The notes below the pieces were generated by a model, which had not been told where the DNA came from, made no database searches, and was given only the letters and a program-made list of their open reading frames with translations. From Candidatus Tiddalikarchaeum anstoanum (GTDB taxonomy: Archaea; Nanobdellota; Nanobdellia; Tiddalikarchaeales; Tiddalikarchaeaceae): a DNA stretch of 64,000 nt. The stretch is from NCBI GenBank assembly GCA_902385255.1, contig CABMEV010000010.1, positions 64,114 to 128,113 on the forward strand, read 5' to 3'. How positions within the stretch are numbered: position 1 is the first letter of the stretch; each line of letters begins with the position of its first letter. The position numbers and the translations under genes were made by a program. This document shows, piece after piece, positions 59,996 through 64,000 of the stretch.

Positions 59996-60787
59996 TTATT
60001 TTTTCACATCCTTTTCCTCTTTTTTAAGATTTCTAAAAAATTCGTTGGCTTTCTCGACACTCTCCCAGTTTCCTATATCTATATACTCGCCTTTTATTTT
60101 CACTACGCGTATCTTTTTGCCGTCTTTCAATGCCAGCTTTATAGAGTCTGTTATCTGGTACTCATCCTTTACACCTTTCGGGGTCTTTTCGATGTAAGAA
60201 AAAATCTCAGGTGAGAATATGTAAATCGCAGTCAGCGCCAAGTATTTATTACCCACTTTGTAGCTCTTTGCCTGTTCTAATGTCGGCTTCTCAAAAGTAT
60301 CAACTAAGTAATTTTTATTATCAACTTTTACAATACCATGATGAGTCGGGTCCTCAAGTTCAGTGACGAGTATTGTTGCAAAAGGCTTCTCCTTCCTTTG
60401 AATATTAACAGCATCCTTTAATTCGTCTTTAGGATGGATGAATGAATCTCCTGCGTGAACGATGAAGTCCTCGCTAATCCAGTTTTTTGCCTGGTAAATC
60501 GCGTGCGCGAGTCCAAGACGCTCTTCCTGAAAAAGGTATGCTATGCTTAAGTCGTTGCTGTCATCTTTGCCTCCGCTTCCAACGTGGTCTATTATTGCAC
60601 CTTTATGGCTTCCGACGATTATTAGTATCTTGTCAACACCCATGTATTTGTGCAAAGATTCTATTACGTGGTCTATCACTGCACGCCTCTCTATTGGGAA
60701 TAATTCTTTTGGGTTTGCTTTTGTGAATGGGTACATCCTTGTGCCGCTCCCTGCTGCTGGTATTATTCCTATCATTCTTTCATCCAC
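59996..60787 (-). CDS. Sugar-1-phosphate nucleotidyltransferase, tandem paralogue
   Basis: 263 aa. MIGIIPAAGSGTRMYPFTKANPKELFPI. The first ~30 aa are nearly identical to the downstream copy. Confidence 0.85.
   Translation of the reverse strand: MDERMIGIIPAAGSGTRMYPFTKANPKELFPIERRAVIDHVIESLHKYMGVDKILIIVGSHKGAIIDHVGSGGKDDSNDLSIAYLFQEERLGLAHAIYQAKNWISEDFIVHAGDSFIHPKDELKDAVNIQRKEKPFATILVTELEDPTHHGIVKVDNKNYLVDTFEKPTLEQAKSYKVGNKYLALTAIYIFSPEIFSYIEKTPKGVKDEYQITDSIKLALKDGKKIRVVKIKGEYIDIGNWESVEKANEFFRNLKKEEKDVKK
60700..60772. repeat. ~70-bp near-identical direct repeat, copy 2
   Basis: tgggaataattcttttgggtttgcttttgtgaatgggtacatccttgtgccgctccctgctgctggtatta. About 68/71 identities to copy 1. The rest of the two genes are far more diverged. 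Confidence 0.75.
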
Positions 60788-61713
60788 TCAATCATTTTTG
60801 CCAAGCCCGTTTCGAGTTTTATTTTAGGAGACCAGTTTAAGAGCTTTTTAGCTTTGGTGATATCAGGAACTCTCTGCGGAGGGTCGTCCATTGGCAGGTC
60901 TTTGAAAATTATCTTCGATTTGGAATTCGTGACTTTTACTATTTTTTTTGCAAGTTCCAGAATGGTAACTTCTTCAGGGTTGCCTATGTTGATAACTTCA
61001 CCATTTAACTCCTTCTTCGTTGCAAGCGTGTATATTCCTTCAATTAAATCATCGACGAAGCAGAAACTCCTAGTCTGTTTCCCGTCTCCGTAAATAGTTA
61101 TTGGTTCATTATCCAGTGCTTGCATGATGAAATTAGTCATTACCCTGCCGTCGTTGTACCTCATGTGGGGTCCGTAAGTGTTGAAAATTCTGACAATCCT
61201 GCAGTCAATGTTGAATTTGTGAATGAACTCATAGCATAACGCCTCTCCAAAACGCTTGCTTTCGTCATAACAGCTTCTTGGTCCGAAACTGTTAACGTAG
61301 CCGTAATAAGTTTCCGGTGTAGGTATCACTTCTGCCTTGCCGTAAACCTCGCTTGTGCTTGCGAATAAGAAGCGGGCGCTGTCTTTCTGTGCTTTTTTCA
61401 AAAGATTGAATGTGCCTATGCTGTTGGCGAGTAATGTGTCAAAAGAGTTAGTCTGATAATCGCTCGGGCTTGCCCTGCTTGCGAAGTGGAGTATTAAGTC
61501 AACTTTTTCAATATCATCCAGGTCTTTTGTAACATCTTTCTGCATGAATTTGAATCTTCCTGTTTTTCCAAGGTCTTCAATGTTATTTAGTGAACCAGTT
61601 CCCAAATGGTCTATGCAGATTACTTCATTGCCTGTATTTACGAATTTGCTGCAGAGGTGGCTGCCTATGAATCCAGCGCCTCCGGTAATTAAGACTTTCA
61701 TAATAGTAATCAA
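60772..61713 (-). CDS. UDP-glucuronate decarboxylase (UDP-xylose synthase)-like SDR
   Basis: 313 aa. MKVLITGGAGFIGSHLC, catalytic YDESKRFGE (UXS-type YDEGKR motif). Confidence 0.7.
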   Translation of the reverse strand: MITIMKVLITGGAGFIGSHLCSKFVNTGNEVICIDHLGTGSLNNIEDLGKTGRFKFMQKDVTKDLDDIEKVDLILHFASRASPSDYQTNSFDTLLANSIGTFNLLKKAQKDSARFLFASTSEVYGKAEVIPTPETYYGYVNSFGPRSCYDESKRFGEALCYEFIHKFNIDCRIVRIFNTYGPHMRYNDGRVMTNFIMQALDNEPITIYGDGKQTRSFCFVDDLIEGIYTLATKKELNGEVINIGNPEEVTILELAKKIVKVTNSKSKIIFKDLPMDDPPQRVPDITKAKKLLNWSPKIKLETGLAKMIEWMKE

Positions 61714-61739
61714 TCACTGCTAATTATAAATATATTACC

Positions 61740-61762
61740 TTTATCCTACTTGGTAGGATAAA
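61740..61762. promoter_or_regulatory. Perfect palindrome TTTATCCTAC-ttg-GTAGGATAAA (10-bp arms, 3-bp spacer) in the divergent promoter region; candidate operator
   Basis: Seen in sequence. It lies just upstream of the TATA-like element for the RHH-fused nucleotidyltransferase gene and 27-49 nt upstream of the minus-strand UXS-like gene start. Confidence 0.5.
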
Positions 61763-61766
61763 CAAC

Positions 61767-61777
61767 TTAATATATTA
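61767..61777 (+). promoter_or_regulatory. TATA-like element (CTTAATATATT) about 28 nt upstream of the ATG at 61800
   Basis: Seen in sequence. Confidence 0.4.
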
Positions 61778-61799
61778 CTGTGGTCATTGTATTTAGTAA

Positions 61800-62570
61800 A
61801 TGAAGAGTAAGCTGTCAATAACGCTGGATGAGAAGATAATAAAATCTTTGGATAAGTACATTGACGGAGTAAATATAAGGAACCGTTCCCAAGCTATAGA
61901 GTTCTTCATATCAAAGCACTTAAGCCAGAACAGGATTGCTGTGATACTGGCGTCGAAGATAGAGCCTTTCAGGATACTTGCTAAGATAAAAGGCCAGCCT
62001 TTGATTATGCATACTGTCAAGCTTCTTCAGTCTTATAATTTCAAGAAGTTGTTCGTGATTGGCGAGAAGGAGATTTTGTCGCAGGTTTTTACTGTTCTTG
62101 GGACCGGGCAGGAGTACTTGATGAGCATAGAGTATGTTGAGGACGTTAATCCGAAGGGTAGTGCTGCGTCTCTTTCGCTTTTGAAGAATAAGGTTGATTC
62201 GACGTTTCTGGTTGTTCCTGCTGATAATTTTTTCAATACTGATATTAATTCGTTCTGGACTTTTCATGTTAAGAGCGGCAAACTGGTTAACTTGGCTATC
62301 TCTGCTGCAAGTAATCCTACGAAGCTTGGTATTATAGACTTACAGGGTGGGAGTATTGTTGGTTTTGAGCAGAAGCCTAAGAAGAGTACGAGTTATCTTA
62401 TCTGGACTGGTATTATGATTTGCGAGCCTGAGATTTTATATTATAACTGCAATTCTATTGAGAAGGATTTGATACCGAAACTTATCTTAACTCGTGACTT
62501 GGGCGGTTTCGTATTTGCAGGCCAGTGGAAGAACATACACACAAAGAAAGACATAGAAGATTTACGCTAA
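61800..62570 (+). CDS. Sugar-phosphate nucleotidyltransferase with an N-terminal ribbon-helix-helix (CopG-like) extension
   Basis: 256 aa. N-terminal LSITLDEKIIKSLDKYIDGVNIRNRSQAIEFFISKHL fits the RHH pattern (beta strand xSxTLD, helix, RxRSxxI). It is followed by an NTP-transferase fold (IAVILASKIEP...VVPADNFF). Confidence 0.6.
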   Translation: MKSKLSITLDEKIIKSLDKYIDGVNIRNRSQAIEFFISKHLSQNRIAVILASKIEPFRILAKIKGQPLIMHTVKLLQSYNFKKLFVIGEKEILSQVFTVLGTGQEYLMSIEYVEDVNPKGSAASLSLLKNKVDSTFLVVPADNFFNTDINSFWTFHVKSGKLVNLAISAASNPTKLGIIDLQGGSIVGFEQKPKKSTSYLIWTGIMICEPEILYYNCNSIEKDLIPKLILTRDLGGFVFAGQWKNIHTKKDIEDLR

Positions 62571-62617
62571 ATTTAGAAATCGCAATTTGTTATCATGACT
62601 GATTCATAATCCTTTAA

Positions 62618-62640
62618 AAGAATAAAAATTCTTATTTTTT
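62618..62640 (+). terminator. Short hairpin plus oligo-T: AAGAAT-aaaa-ATTCTT-ATTTTTT
   Basis: Seen in sequence, 48 nt after the stop at 62570. Confidence 0.45.
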
Positions 62641-62645
62641 AATTT

Positions 62646-62804
62646 ATGAATAGTCTTAGAATTATACTAATAGTTCTTGGGGTAATAGGTCTGATATTAC
62701 TAATAACTAGTTCTAGTTTTATGAAGCCAGTATTATCTTGCTTTGATATGTCAAACGTGTCTAATACGTTTCAGTTTCAATGCATAGGTTTCTGGTTACA
62801 TTAA
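62646..62804 (+). CDS. Possible small hydrophobic protein (52 aa) in the intergenic region (speculative)
   Basis: MNSLRIILIVLGVIGLILLITSSSFMKPVLSCFDMSNVSNTFQFQCIGFWLH. One predicted TM. It is below the ORF-track size cut-off. Confidence 0.25.
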   Translation: MNSLRIILIVLGVIGLILLITSSSFMKPVLSCFDMSNVSNTFQFQCIGFWLH

Positions 62805-62888
62805 CCAACAAAAATTGAGTATTCAAGCTGATTTATTGTGCAAAGCCGTGTTTAGAGTTAAATATATAAATAAGTATTACTTCGTAAT

Positions 62889-63746
62889 ATGTTTATGATT
62901 GTTCGTGAACGAATTTCTCTAACAATAGATAAAAACGTCCTGGCGGCAGTTGACGCCACAGTAGACGGCAATAAAGTACGCAACAGAAGCCATGCAATGG
63001 AGGTCTTACTCTCAAAGGCACTGGGCAACAAGCGCGTGAAGAGGGCATTCATACTCGCAGGCGGCAAAGGCACAAGACTTAGGCCCATAACTTACGAAAT
63101 ACCTAAACCAATGGTGCCAATACACGGAAAACCATTATTACAGCACACCGTAGAACTATTGAAAAAATATGACATCAGAGATATCATAATCTCAATAGGA
63201 TTCTTAGGAGAAAAAATCCAGGAATACTTCGGCAATGGCTCAAAATTTGGAGTCAAAATAAGCTACGTAAAAGAAGACGAACCTCTCGGAACAGCAGGAC
63301 CACTTAAGATTGCAAAACCATTACTTGAAGACGCGCACTTCGTCATGATAAACGGAGACAACTTATTCAACATAGACTTGTTCGATATGATAAGCACACA
63401 CTTCGAAAACGGGGCTGTAGCAACAATAGCATTAACATCAGTTAGCGATCCGACAAAATTCGGAGTAGCACAGCTAAAAGGGAGAAAGATACTGAAATTC
63501 ATAGAAAAACCCAAGCTTGAAGAAGCACCTTCCAATTTAATCAATGCAGGAGTATACTTATTCTCGCCGAAAATATTCGATTACCTGCCTGAAAACAAAA
63601 AAAATATTATGATAGAAACAGAAGTTTTCCCAAAACTCTTAGAGAAAGGAGAGTTCTATGGCTACGTCATGGAGGGACAATGGCTTCCGGCAGGAACACC
63701 TGAAGAGTATGAGAAAGCAATACAAGAATGGAGAGATATAGAATGA
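62889..63746 (+). CDS. Sugar-phosphate nucleotidyltransferase (mannose-1-P guanylyltransferase-like) with an N-terminal RHH-like extension; paralogue of 61800..62570
   Basis: 285 aa. N-terminal ISLTIDKNVLAAVDATVDGNKVRNRSHAMEVLLSKAL, then AFILAGGKGTRLRPITYEIPKPMVPIHGKP (canonical nucleotidyltransferase G-loop). An alternative start at 62895 (MIVRE) aligns better with the paralogue. Confidence 0.8.
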   Translation: MFMIVRERISLTIDKNVLAAVDATVDGNKVRNRSHAMEVLLSKALGNKRVKRAFILAGGKGTRLRPITYEIPKPMVPIHGKPLLQHTVELLKKYDIRDIIISIGFLGEKIQEYFGNGSKFGVKISYVKEDEPLGTAGPLKIAKPLLEDAHFVMINGDNLFNIDLFDMISTHFENGAVATIALTSVSDPTKFGVAQLKGRKILKFIEKPKLEEAPSNLINAGVYLFSPKIFDYLPENKKNIMIETEVFPKLLEKGEFYGYVMEGQWLPAGTPEEYEKAIQEWRDIE

Positions 63747-64000
63747 GCATATTCAAATCTTATGACATCCGCGGAGTTTACCCAACAGAGATAAACGAAG
63801 AAAACGTATACAAGATAGCAAGGGCATACATTGAATTTACAAAATTCAGAAAAATAGTAGTCGGCCGCGACATGAGACTCTCCTCACCAATGCTTTACTC
63901 TGCAATAGTAAGAGGATTAATAGACCAGGGAACTGAAGTAATAGACGTCGGCGAAGTCAGCACTCCGATGTTTTACTACGCAGTAAACAAACTTGACGCT
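63743..64000 (+). CDS. Phosphomannomutase/phosphoglucomutase (alpha-D-phosphohexomutase), partial; runs off the window
   Basis: MSIFKSYDIRGVYPTEINEENVYKIARAY...GRDMRLSSP. YDIRGV is the typical N-terminus. The start overlaps the previous stop (ATGA). Confidence 0.85.
   Translation, partial: MSIFKSYDIRGVYPTEINEENVYKIARAYIEFTKFRKIVVGRDMRLSSPMLYSAIVRGLIDQGTEVIDVGEVSTPMFYYAVNKLDA

Noticed and set aside
1-64000. CRISPR arrays, tRNA/rRNA genes, IS elements, integrases
   Set aside because: No regularly spaced direct repeats, no GC-rich cloverleaf-like segments in intergenic regions, and no transposase or integrase-like ORFs were seen. The glycan island therefore does not look like a mobile element on this evidence, although composition looked uniformly AT-rich and was not computed.

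Overview
This window is an AT-rich archaeal chromosomal segment with normal genetic code, archaeal TATA/leaderless promoters and oligo-T terminators. Archaeal markers include Orc1/Cdc6, AglB/STT3 oligosaccharyltransferase with the WWDYGYW motif, type-2 methionine aminopeptidase, an EndoQ-like PHP nuclease, and a type IA topoisomerase with four Zn-ribbons. I found no rRNA, tRNA, CRISPR array, transposase or integrase. The window has three parts. (i) Positions 1-12.8 kb carry a cation P-type ATPase and a signal-transduction cluster. The cluster holds a 1798-aa multi-PAS histidine kinase, a second 7TM kinase-like protein whose ATPase domain looks degenerate, a stand-alone 7TM protein, and three receiver-only proteins. 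(ii) Positions 12.8-27.4 kb are housekeeping and hypothetical genes: EndoQ-like nuclease, topA with a ferredoxin, a nucleotide-sugar dehydrogenase, map, a family II pyrophosphatase, pcm, orc1/cdc6, and a Cys/Thr-rich secreted protein with N-glycosylation sequons. (iii) From about 27.4 kb to the window end (about 36 kb) is a large protein-glycosylation and surface-glycan island anchored by aglB. It contains a GlcNAc-1-P-transferase-like GT4-family sugar-phosphate transferase (MraY/WecA type), about 11 GT2/GT4 glycosyltransferases and two GT-C-like polytopic membrane proteins. It also has a Wzx flippase, two UPF0104 flippase-like proteins, WecB/WecC (UDP-ManNAcA), UXS-like and epimerase enzymes, tandem sugar-1-P nucleotidyltransferases and a partial phosphomannomutase. 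Most unusually, three B12-binding radical-SAM enzymes and four class-I SAM methyltransferases sit among the glycosyltransferases. Other notable items: a tightly overlapping 7-gene operon (Wzx, GT4, prenyltransferase-like toroid protein, methyltransferase, hypothetical, B12-rSAM, methyltransferase); two paralogous sugar nucleotidyltransferases fused to an N-terminal ribbon-helix-helix-like segment, with a perfect 10-bp-arm palindrome in their promoter; a ~70-bp near-identical direct repeat at the 5' ends of tandem nucleotidyltransferase genes; and an internal PAS duplication in the giant kinase. Most antisense ORFs in the six-frame track are spurious.
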